From: Candidatus Latescibacterota bacterium
GTDB lineage: Bacteria > Latescibacterota > UBA2968
Assembly: GCA_965222605.1 (NCBI GenBank)
Contig: OZ244960.1
Coordinates: forward strand, 704,001-768,000
Reading direction: 5' to 3'
Length of the DNA stretch: 64,000 nucleotides
The translations under genes were made by a program, and so were the position numbers. Positions 50,561-59,340 of this stretch are shown here, in pieces (the stretch's first letter is position 1; every line of letters starts with the position of its first letter). Under the pieces are notes generated by a model, which saw only the letters and a program-made list of their open reading frames with translations, searched no databases and was not told where the DNA came from.

Positions 50561-52034
50561 TAGCCTTTCGAGAGAACTTCCGATGCATTTTTTTTCCACC
50601 CCATACCAACAATGCAACAAGACATCCCAACAGTGTTAGAAGACCTACGCATGCCAATACTATAATTCCATAGGCTAAGGGGGTTCGCGGAGGGGATTTT
50701 TTCGTTTCGGGCATGGTTAAGGAATGGGTTATCGAATTGTCATCTCTCAAGTATTGATCAATGATGCGCGGGATATCTTCTCTACGAATGGATTTGAGGT
50801 TTTTTATCAATTTGGGATATAAGAGGGGATTGTTGGCGTGAGCGAATGCCTGCCCAAATGAAGAAGCCATACTTGAGCGATTGTAAAATGTGGAATACAG
50901 TGTGGTCAACTGCTGGTTTCGAGCCGCATTGAGTTCTGTTTCGGAGATTGATTTCAGTTTTTCTAATTCTGATTGGATCATGGCATGAAGCGTATTTCTG
51001 GACGTATCATGGGGCAGTTCTGCATAGCAACTCATCAAGCCAAATCCTTTATAGCTGTTAAGCGACACGCTGAAAGATTTTGCAAGCCCTGAATCAACTA
51101 AAGAAGACCTCAATGAATTTGAGGGTTTCTCCAAAACGCGCTCCAAAATGAGCAGGCCAGCATAGTCGCGATGTCCTAAATTGGGTATGTACCAGCCCTT
51201 TCTGAATATGGTAAGACTGAAACTTTTCGAAGTGAGTTTTAATCTTTTTCCGAGCACTTCATAGTTAGGGTAGTAAGGCGCGGGCAATTCACTCGATAAC
51301 TTGTCTGGTATTTGCTCATTGCCATAAGCTTCATCCAGTTTTGTCAGGACATGCTCGACATCCACATCGCCGATCACAACAATCAATCTCTTTTGCAAGC
51401 GCAGAAAATTCTCATAGTAATCTTTCAAATTATCAGGTTTGAGTTGTTTAAGAAAATCCTCCCCACCAAGGCCATTAAAATTTTTCTTTTCATAGATTAA
51501 GCTAAAAAAATAATTCGCAGATCTGCGTGTTGGACTTGCCAGTCTGCGGCTTCTTTCTGTCAGGATGATTTTCTTGTCCTTTTCTACGACTTCCTCATTG
51601 ATTACTGTGTTGTAATATCTATCCGAGTCTATCTCAACTGCGAGGTCAAATTTATCCTTCGGAAAACTGAGTATGAAGCGCGTATAATGATAAGAAGTAG
51701 AGGCGTTTTTCCACCCCCCATTCTTGCTAACGATTTGGTTGAGTTTCCCATACTCATGACTTCCTGTACCTGACATGATATGCTCTAAGAAGTGTAGCCG
51801 TCCTTGTTTCCCTTCCGCTTCATCTGCTGAGCCAGCACCGTAGTAGGTCTGGTATTCAAATGTGGGAGATGTTCTATCTACCACGATAACAGCGTCGAGA
51901 TTGGGATTGATGGTATAATGTTGAGCGACGAGTTCTTTAGATAATGCTTCTGTTCCAATAAGCTGGTAGGCCGTGCAAGTACCTGTCGGTAAGACGCATA
52001 TAAGGAATGAGATGATCGCGCAGGTTTTTATCAT
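50532..52034 (-). CDS. M16 (insulinase) zinc peptidase, catalytic subunit
   Basis: GSADE...HFLEH inverted zinc motif, NASTS; signal peptide and C-terminal TM helix. Confidence 0.85.
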   Translation of the reverse strand: MIKTCAIISFLICVLPTGTCTAYQLIGTEALSKELVAQHYTINPNLDAVIVVDRTSPTFEYQTYYGAGSADEAEGKQGRLHFLEHIMSGTGSHEYGKLNQIVSKNGGWKNASTSYHYTRFILSFPKDKFDLAVEIDSDRYYNTVINEEVVEKDKKIILTERSRRLASPTRRSANYFFSLIYEKKNFNGLGGEDFLKQLKPDNLKDYYENFLRLQKRLIVVIGDVDVEHVLTKLDEAYGNEQIPDKLSSELPAPYYPNYEVLGKRLKLTSKSFSLTIFRKGWYIPNLGHRDYAGLLILERVLEKPSNSLRSSLVDSGLAKSFSVSLNSYKGFGLMSCYAELPHDTSRNTLHAMIQSELEKLKSISETELNAARNQQLTTLYSTFYNRSSMASSFGQAFAHANNPLLYPKLIKNLKSIRREDIPRIIDQYLRDDNSITHSLTMPETKKSPPRTPLAYGIIVLACVGLLTLLGCLVALLVWGGKKMHRKFSRKANEYVSESDA

Positions 52035-52103
52035 GTTTGATACTCAGCAAAGTTGGAAGTGGCTGCTTCGTCTATATGTCTGGATACATTTTTACACTAC
52101 ACA

Positions 52104-53476
52104 CATTAGTTTCTGGTTAGCAAATTGCTGTTGATCAAAGTCAAAGGTCTTTATGCTGATAGCAAAGGCTCAGGAGGCACCATACGACATAAATGTGGAT
52201 ATGGATAGGGGGGTTGGCGTGGGCTTCCTGTCGTATATCCCACCTGAGTTGTCTCAGATAGGTCACACAAGGTTTGTCATCATAGCGTTGATGGAAGTAG
52301 ATAACCAGCAAGAGATAGGTGATCAACCCAGCAAGGAGTTGTATCAAGACCCCGTGTGGACTACGCGAGATGAGATGATAGACCTTGAGGTATTTTTTCC
52401 ACCATGCAAAGAAGATTTCGATTTTCCACCTCAAAGAATAGATGAAGGCAATTTCCTCGGCAGACAAGTCGTCACGGTCTGTGACAACCCAGTAGGTTTT
52501 GCCACAGGCAGAAAAACCGACTAAAAAGACCGGATGAGTCATTTGATGGTTCTCATCTCCCAATAAGACCTTGGCAAAGAAGGAGATCGTGGCCTCGCCT
52601 CGTGGTTGATAGGCTCTTGGTTGAAAAGCCAATCGCTCAAGGATGTGATATTGGATGTTTTTCTTGACGCGTACGACGAAGTGCTTTTCGTCATTGATCC
52701 ACGCATCGAAGCGGGCATGTTCTTGATAGCCGCGATCCATCACGCCGGTCTGTCCTTTCTCCAAGAGCAAGGACACAAAGGGTCTTTCGGCGGCCTTGCC
52801 ATCGGATAGAAAAATCTTGCGTGGGATGGCTCCGTTTAAGTCGAATCCGAAGTGCAACTTGGCCTTGCGTTTGTGGCGGCTATAATCTGCCCAGGTCATG
52901 GACAAACACGCATCAACGAAACTCCCATCAATGGCGATGAGTCCCCGATGGCGTGGCAGGGCAAGACCGACCTTTTTGGCGGCTGTCTTGGACAGTCTGG
53001 AGAATAACTCGAACATCTGCTTTTTGCCCCGCGTGGTATTGGCCTCATAAAAGGTACTTTGTCCCAACCCTGAAGGCGGCACCAAAAGCTGGTTGGCAAG
53101 TCCGTCACATCCGGCGGCCTGCAACAGGTCTTGGGCAGAACTGCATGCTTCGATATGATAATACACCAACCCGCGCACTTGATGAGAAAACGTATAAGTC
53201 ATCGGCTTATTACATCTTGAAGTCAACGGTGTCAGATAGGGCAAGTGCGCTTCAAGAGGGGACAGCAGCAAAGAAAAGGTTGGCGATGCTTTTCCATATT
53301 CATTTTCTTCACCCGTAGGAAATAGGGGGGACTGAGACTGGATGGACATGGCATTACTCCTTGCAAAAGGTAGAATTTTTCTTTCTCAACTCTAACCTTT
53401 CATGGAAATGCCTTTTGTTCAATCCTTTTCTTTCCTCGCTATCTCCTCCATGCAAATCCCTAACCAGAAACTAATG
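52104..53476 (-). mobile_element. IS4-family insertion sequence (1373 bp)
   Basis: 17-bp perfect terminal IR CATTAGTTTCTGGTTAG (52104-52120 / 53460-53476); 8-bp target duplication ACTACACA (52096-52103 / 53477-53484). Confidence 0.95.
52141..53349 (-). CDS. IS4-family DDE transposase
   Basis: IDGS, KLH, MDRGY, YSLRWKIEIFF...K (YREK-type motif). Confidence 0.94.
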   Translation of the reverse strand: MSIQSQSPLFPTGEENEYGKASPTFSLLLSPLEAHLPYLTPLTSRCNKPMTYTFSHQVRGLVYYHIEACSSAQDLLQAAGCDGLANQLLVPPSGLGQSTFYEANTTRGKKQMFELFSRLSKTAAKKVGLALPRHRGLIAIDGSFVDACLSMTWADYSRHKRKAKLHFGFDLNGAIPRKIFLSDGKAAERPFVSLLLEKGQTGVMDRGYQEHARFDAWINDEKHFVVRVKKNIQYHILERLAFQPRAYQPRGEATISFFAKVLLGDENHQMTHPVFLVGFSACGKTYWVVTDRDDLSAEEIAFIYSLRWKIEIFFAWWKKYLKVYHLISRSPHGVLIQLLAGLITYLLLVIYFHQRYDDKPCVTYLRQLRWDIRQEAHANPPIHIHIYVVWCLLSLCYQHKDL

Positions 53477-53495
53477 ACTACACAGTATAAAATTT

Positions 53496-53528
53496 GGAGG
53501 TTCTTCCAGCAAGCGTAAAAGAACCTCC
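53496..53528 (-). terminator. stem-loop downstream of precursor gene
   Basis: GGAGGTTCTT...AAGAACCTCC 10-bp inverted repeat. Confidence 0.45.
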
Positions 53529-53619
53529 CTCGAAAATCCCAGGTTGACGAAATAGACTGCTTGCCTCAATCACCTTTACTATCTTCTATACCGTCATCTT
53601 CAAGAATATCGCCACAAAT

Positions 53620-54249
53620 TTAGACTAATACCTGGCTGCTGTCGTCCAAATCAAAGTCCCCCTCCATACCATCCAAATCCTCATTACCACTACCGTCATC
53701 TTCCTCATCCAGACGTTGTCTTTCCTCCTCTTCACGTTGTCTTTCCTCCTCCTCCATTGCCTCTATCTCTGCCTGTATCTCTGCCTCAATTTCAGCATCT
53801 TCCGTCAGATATATGTCATAGTTCTCTGCTACAAAGTCAACTACAGAGTCAACTGCGTTATTCCATTCATCAGCTATCTCATTCACAATTTCAGATGGAC
53901 CTGGGATATTAGGGTCCCATTCAACGATATCACTCACTATATCAGCAGCCGCTTCGATGAGATCAGGGGACCCTATAACTGTCCCATCTCCACTCGAACG
54001 GGATAACGACACCACTTTTCCACCTTTCGGGACTGGGTCCACGATGATTACCTCCACAGGTTCGCAGCAAGGATCTATGCAATAAGGACCGCATCCTGTC
54101 CCTTCCTCAAGCCCTCCTGGGTCGCCATCACCATTTCCCCCCCGAGCCATGCTCATTTCTTCTGGCGAAATGGCCTCAGAGAGAATGGCGAGCGGTTTGC
54201 AGGTAAGCCCCGCGATGGATAGGGTGTGTTCAAGAATATTTTCTGGCAT
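53620..54249 (-). CDS. double-glycine-leader precursor of an acidic secreted protein
   Basis: AGGAGG RBS; residues 27-38 ISPEEMSMARGG match the C39 leader consensus; upstream of C39-ABC/HlyD genes. Confidence 0.75.
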   Translation of the reverse strand: MPENILEHTLSIAGLTCKPLAILSEAISPEEMSMARGGNGDGDPGGLEEGTGCGPYCIDPCCEPVEVIIVDPVPKGGKVVSLSRSSGDGTVIGSPDLIEAAADIVSDIVEWDPNIPGPSEIVNEIADEWNNAVDSVVDFVAENYDIYLTEDAEIEAEIQAEIEAMEEEERQREEEERQRLDEEDDGSGNEDLDGMEGDFDLDDSSQVLV

Positions 54250-54807
54250 GATACAACCTCCTGTTAAGGTTTATACTGCTTTTACGAGCAACAACGAATG
54301 GTGTACAGCCGGCTGTTCTCCAATACACACATAATAGCCATACACCCACACATAGCAAATCCATTGGGCAATCGTCGTGGAAAGTTGAAATTCCAGCACT
54401 GACGCTGTGCTGCTTGTGCGTGTTCGCACGCAAACAGGCGCGTGGGGCAGGTGGCCCCGCAGCGGAAAACAGCAAAGGGGGGTGACGCGCCCTGATAAGG
54501 ATTGGCGTTGGCTGTGCGTTGGAAAGTACTGAGGAAAGATCGTGCGAAGAAGAGGAGAGATTGTGCGAATGCGGGAAATGCGGAATGGGAAAAAGGTCGG
54601 TAGAAAGAGGGTTTAAATCTACCCCCCCCCCCCGATCTTCGTAACTTCATAAAAAACAACTACTTGTGTAAATTTTAGGGAGATCGTGACATACTTCAGC
54701 CACGTTGTGGAAACGATGAATGGCTCCGCAATGGTGCGAAGGTTTGAAACAAACTGATACAAGGTCTTCTCCTTTGGATTACGAGACAAACTCTAAAACT
54801 TAGATAC

Positions 54808-54836
54808 AAAATAAGCCCGTCTATTCGGGCTGTCAA
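54808..54836 (-). promoter_or_regulatory. sigma-70 promoter of the secretion locus
   Basis: TTGACA-17nt-TATTTT; spacer is an inverted repeat AGCCCG-AATAGA-CGGGCT. Confidence 0.55.
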
Positions 54837-54876
54837 GTATTTTTTATAAAGGCATGCAAAGCGGCAACGTATCGGA

Positions 54877-55029
54877 TTAAAAGGTGACTGGTGAGTCGGA
54901 TGGTGTTCTGCCTCTGGAGATTGGGCCGGGCTGACCGCTGACTGCTTGGGAAGGGGGTCCTATGTGTATTTCGATGGCCGCTAATTCGCTGCGGATGCGC
55001 TCGGCACTGACAATGTGGCGGGCGATCAC
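54877..55029 (-). pseudogene. truncated HEPN-type partner of the MNT gene
   Basis: GTGA-coupled start; MIARHIVSAERIRSELAAIE then unrelated sequence and early stop. Confidence 0.5.
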
Positions 55030-55397
55030 AGCTCGATCCCTTCGCGTTTGATAATCGCTCTTAGAGAAGGCCGGCAACAGGCTATATCGACCAAATTCAC
55101 TTCAATATCCGGGTCGAGGTCCATGACCGCGCCCAGGGCACGCCAGGTGTCTTCTGGTCGCAGTCCCCAGGCGGCAATATCCACATCGGACCAGCGGTTG
55201 AACCCATCCTCGTGCGCCAAAGAGCCAAAGAGCACGACCTTATCGACATTGAAGCACGCCTCAAGCAAACGGGCAGCCCGTCGCGCCAGCACCCAAGCAC
55301 GCTGACGACGTACGCGTAAACGCTCCTTTTCGGCGTGGTGACGCTCGCGGGCACCTTCTCGGTAGGTAGCCATTTCAGTGGGTGTTATCATTTTCAT
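55026..55397 (-). CDS. minimal nucleotidyltransferase (MNT) antitoxin
   Basis: VVLFGSLA...SDVDIA...VNLV. Confidence 0.88.
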   Translation of the reverse strand: MKMITPTEMATYREGARERHHAEKERLRVRRQRAWVLARRAARLLEACFNVDKVVLFGSLAHEDGFNRWSDVDIAAWGLRPEDTWRALGAVMDLDPDIEVNLVDIACCRPSLRAIIKREGIEL

Positions 55398-55560
55398 TAC
55401 TCTTGAAACCCCTCATGATGCGCAGGGTCAAAGCCTCTTTGTGAAAAGGAATAGCAGTGTATTTGCGAAAATTAAAGTTACGGCCGGGTATCAAGACAAA
55501 TCCAAAACTGACTATAACGGATCGCAGCGGTTTCATTAGACCGGGATTAGATACTGACCA

Positions 55561-56436
55561 CTAAAAAACCCGAAAATGCACGGGCAACGACGGCATCCCA
55601 CTGTCCTGAGTAGTGACAAAACCACCAACGGCATTGGCTTGTTCGGCGCATATCTGCATCGGTGCGCCAGCGAGTAAATGCATGACAAATGCCGCCGTAA
55701 AAGCATCGCCAGCACCCACCGTATTCACGACCTGTTGTCTTTTCTCCACCGCCTGACAAATCCCCCCCTCACTCACAACCCGACACCCGTGTTCTCCCAG
55801 CGTCAAAATCACACATTGCAGGTCAAACCGCGCGCGAATCTCTGTCAAAAAAGCATCCACATCTTCTTCCCCACCCACATAATCGCGCAGCAGAACCACT
55901 TCCTCGTCATTTAATTTCAGCACATCAGCGCGTGTTAGAGATTCTCGTACAATCTCATAATTGTGATAGTGCTGGCGAAAATTGATATCGAACACGCGCA
56001 GACAATCCGGCGACGTAGCGTCTAAAAAATTTGTAATTGCCCGACGGCTCTGCGCCTCGCGTTGATCTATCGTACCAAAACACAAGGCGTGAGCAGATCG
56101 CGCTATCGGTGCCAATTCTGAACACCATGTAATCGCATCCCACGCCACGCCTTCGACAATTTCATAAGTGGGCTGCCCATCTACAAGAGTCACATTCACG
56201 CTACCCGTTGGTCGATGGGCATGCACTTGCACAGTATCTGTTGCTACGCCATGTCCGCTCAAAATCTCAAGTGCTGCCTTGCCCTGCGCATCGTCTCCCA
56301 CACAACTCACCATAGCAGAACGCGCCCCTAAAGCAGCCGCATGCACGGCAAAATTTGCCGGTGCGCCCCCCAATCGCTCGCCATCGGGAAACACATCCCA
56401 CAACACGGCGCCGATAGCGACCACATTTCGGCGCAT
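55561..56436 (-). CDS. PfkB-family carbohydrate kinase (fructokinase-like)
   Basis: GGAPANFA, FDINFR, KLNDEE, NTVGAGDAF. Confidence 0.92.
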   Translation of the reverse strand: MRRNVVAIGAVLWDVFPDGERLGGAPANFAVHAAALGARSAMVSCVGDDAQGKAALEILSGHGVATDTVQVHAHRPTGSVNVTLVDGQPTYEIVEGVAWDAITWCSELAPIARSAHALCFGTIDQREAQSRRAITNFLDATSPDCLRVFDINFRQHYHNYEIVRESLTRADVLKLNDEEVVLLRDYVGGEEDVDAFLTEIRARFDLQCVILTLGEHGCRVVSEGGICQAVEKRQQVVNTVGAGDAFTAAFVMHLLAGAPMQICAEQANAVGGFVTTQDSGMPSLPVHFRVF

Positions 56437-57419
56437 TACCGCGATACTTTCACGGCCTTCTTTGCAGAAGCCGAACGATAAGCGGCCTCGGATAAGCGGG
56501 CGACCTGTAAAGCGAAATCAGGCGGTGAATACCCCTGCCCATTGTTGCGGATCAGATCAAAAAATGCCTGATCGGGAGTCGTCTCCTGAATATGCGGTGG
56601 AATTTCGAGTGGTTTGTCATTCAGCAAAACCGACTGCACCTGCCACTGGTGCAAATGGAATACCAGACAGCCCTTGCTTCCGTGAATGGCGATTCGCTCA
56701 TCGTGATGCGCTGCATTGCCAAAGGTATTCAGCGTACCCGCTCCACCGCCTTTGAAACGCACATTGACCACCATATTGGTATCCACGACTTTTCCCGCAT
56801 TCTCTGCAAAAGCCGAGACCTCCACAGGCTCCAATCCCGTAATCCACAACACAGAAGCGAGGAGATGGCTACCCGTATCCATGAACATGCCGCCCCCCGA
56901 TAGCGCGGGATCCAAACGCCAGCCGCGGATACTTCCCCAATTTTGTGTCACATAAGCCACCACGCCGCGCAGATCTCCGAGTTCACCTTGCCGTATCAAT
57001 TCACGCGCATAAACGTGGGGAGCCATATAATTGCGCTGGTAGGCCACCACCAGATACAATTTCAATTTATCCGATAAATTGATCAGCGACTTGGTCTGCC
57101 GAGACGCAATTGTGAGGGGCTTCTCAACCAGAACGTGTAATCCCTTTTGCAAAGACAAGCGGGCGTGTTCATAATGCAGCGCATGGGGCGAACTAATCAG
57201 CATGGCATCGAGCGCCTCATTCCGCACGAGTTGGCGATAATCTTCATAAAAAGATGCCTCACTCCCCCACTCTGCCATCAATGCTTCGGCCTGGCTCTCG
57301 TCTGGATCGACCACACCGATAATCTCCACGCCCCCATCTGCTTTCAAACGAGGCAAATGCGCCCGCTGCATATTGCCGCCACATCCGATCAAACCGAGCC
57401 GAATTTTCTCTTTTGACAT
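56436..57419 (-). CDS. Gfo/Idh/MocA oxidoreductase
   Basis: GLIGCGG, HVLVEKP, GGGMFMDTGSH. Confidence 0.9.
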   Translation of the reverse strand: MSKEKIRLGLIGCGGNMQRAHLPRLKADGGVEIIGVVDPDESQAEALMAEWGSEASFYEDYRQLVRNEALDAMLISSPHALHYEHARLSLQKGLHVLVEKPLTIASRQTKSLINLSDKLKLYLVVAYQRNYMAPHVYARELIRQGELGDLRGVVAYVTQNWGSIRGWRLDPALSGGGMFMDTGSHLLASVLWITGLEPVEVSAFAENAGKVVDTNMVVNVRFKGGGAGTLNTFGNAAHHDERIAIHGSKGCLVFHLHQWQVQSVLLNDKPLEIPPHIQETTPDQAFFDLIRNNGQGYSPPDFALQVARLSEAAYRSASAKKAVKVSR

Positions 57420-57459
57420 CGCGCAGAACCTCCCGGTTATTGTGAATGATACTTCTTTT

Positions 57460-58266
57460 TTACGCCGCCGGTTCGGCGACCATCGTCTCTTCTTTCCTGC
57501 CTTCTAACCCGGCAATCACCGGAAACGTGCGCGATGAATCCGTTCCCCGCGCAATATAACGCACAGTAGGTGGAAAATAGGCGTAGAGTGCCGTGTGCCT
57601 CGAGCGAGATGAATGATTGGGACCAGAACCATGTACACACAAACTGTGAAACAGAAGGGCTGTCCCCGCCTTGAGCGGCACCTCAATCGCCTGTGAAATA
57701 TCTAAATTTTTTCGATCTGTCAACTTTGCATCTTGAGGCCGCGCAATATTGCCCCATTTCTGCATGCCCCACTCGTGACTCCTGGGAATCACCCGAATGC
57801 ACCCATTCTCCGAATTAGCCTCTGTCAGCGCAATGCTCACCGTGACAAGTGCGGGCGGCTCCATCGGCCAATACGCCGAATCTTGATGAAAACCATGCGA
57901 GGACCCGTGAAACGCGGGCTTGAGCATAAGCGTGCTGCGAAACAACAACAAATCGGAGCCAATCAGATTCTGAACCACGGGCACGAGTTTGGGATGTGCA
58001 GCCAAATTTTTGAACACATTGGAAAAATCGCGCGTCTGTTCGATCTTCCGCAACACGGGCAAGCCATCTTGCTCTTTGTCTCTTGCATAAGGCTCGCGCT
58101 GAAAACTGCCCGAACGCTTATCGCCATTGGCTGCCAACTCCGCTGCCAGTATGTGTAATTTGTGTATCTCTTCTTCACACTCGACCAGTTCCTCTGGCGA
58201 CACCACATCTTCAACTATAAGATAGCCCTCATCGTAGAAAAATGCTTTCTGTTCTTCAAGTGTCAT
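57460..58266 (-). CDS. phytanoyl-CoA dioxygenase (PhyH) family protein
   Basis: FHQDSAYW, NGCIRVIPRSH, HGSGPN; start MTLEE after AAGGA. Confidence 0.9.
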   Translation of the reverse strand: MTLEEQKAFFYDEGYLIVEDVVSPEELVECEEEIHKLHILAAELAANGDKRSGSFQREPYARDKEQDGLPVLRKIEQTRDFSNVFKNLAAHPKLVPVVQNLIGSDLLLFRSTLMLKPAFHGSSHGFHQDSAYWPMEPPALVTVSIALTEANSENGCIRVIPRSHEWGMQKWGNIARPQDAKLTDRKNLDISQAIEVPLKAGTALLFHSLCVHGSGPNHSSRSRHTALYAYFPPTVRYIARGTDSSRTFPVIAGLEGRKEETMVAEPAA

Positions 58267-58388
58267 TTTTCTTTTCCTTAAAAATTGGTAGTAGAGTACA
58301 GAAATCATAACACAAATGCCCACGTCAAGCAAAGAAAAAGGGCGTCGGTCTATAACCGATGCCCTGGGGTATATTTGTACAATAATCT

Positions 58389-59333
58389 TTATTGCGAGGG
58401 ACGAGGTAGCACCACAAAACCCACCGAATCCACAGACGCCGATCCAAAAATTCCTATGCCCCCATCAACGTGAAACAGCGGACGCTCAAAATTGTCACCC
58501 GCCAGGCCGCCAGGCTGAAACGCATTACCATCATCATCTTGAAAAAACTCGGGCACAGAGCGAATCAAATCAAACCAGTTTTTATCAACCGCATAAATGC
58601 GAATGACATGAGGCCCGGCAAATGCCACGGCAAACCAGGGCAAACGCAAATTGCCGTCTGGTGCTGCCAATGCCGGCGAACTGCCATATCGTTCATAATC
58701 CAGTCTATCACCCTCGCCAACCAAATCGGAATCAATCACAAAATCCGATCCCAGATCGAGACTTTCAATGGCAAGATGGTAGCCGCTGACGGGCAATGGA
58801 TCAAATCGAGCCTCTAAAAACCCCGTTTGATAGGAAACTCGATTTTCAGGCACACTGAACACCGTGCTATCTTCATATCTTTTTAACACGCGGACCACCT
58901 CAAGCGTTGTCTCGTCTAATAACACCGCCTCCCGAATATCCAATCTGCCGGGCGTAACCGTCTGTGCTGTGGCTTCTCTACCCTGTGATCGCACGCGCAG
59001 ATTATAAGTTGTATTTGGCAAAACGAGCGGCGCATTGGGAGGGGGCAGATAATAACCTGCGGCGAAATCTGGACTGTACAAAAACGTCTGTTCACCCTGA
59101 GTGATCACGACCTCGGCATCGCCTACACCTTCCCAACGCCCAAAATACCCCGCGTTTAATCTTACGGTCTCACTAATCAACACCCGAGGCAGGGGTTTAT
59201 CGACAATCAACAGCGCATCCACAACCAGAACACCCGACGCATCTGGTCCAAAAAGACTCGACGGATCGCGCTCGACCTTACACCCCACCAGCGCGACCAG
59301 GCATCCCACCAGCAAAATGAAATATTTCATCAT
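58389..59333 (-). CDS. DUF4249-like lipoprotein
   Basis: Lipobox LVGC, LVVDALL, C-terminal HVDGGIGIFGS; follows TonB-dependent receptor. Confidence 0.72.
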   Translation of the reverse strand: MMKYFILLVGCLVALVGCKVERDPSSLFGPDASGVLVVDALLIVDKPLPRVLISETVRLNAGYFGRWEGVGDAEVVITQGEQTFLYSPDFAAGYYLPPPNAPLVLPNTTYNLRVRSQGREATAQTVTPGRLDIREAVLLDETTLEVVRVLKRYEDSTVFSVPENRVSYQTGFLEARFDPLPVSGYHLAIESLDLGSDFVIDSDLVGEGDRLDYERYGSSPALAAPDGNLRLPWFAVAFAGPHVIRIYAVDKNWFDLIRSVPEFFQDDDGNAFQPGGLAGDNFERPLFHVDGGIGIFGSASVDSVGFVVLPRPSQ

Positions 59334-59340
59334 ACTCCTC

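Noticed and set aside
54282-54659. 125-aa ORF as a stand-alone protein gene
   Set aside because: No RBS at its start and no recognisable domain; treated only as part of the poly-G leader hypothesis
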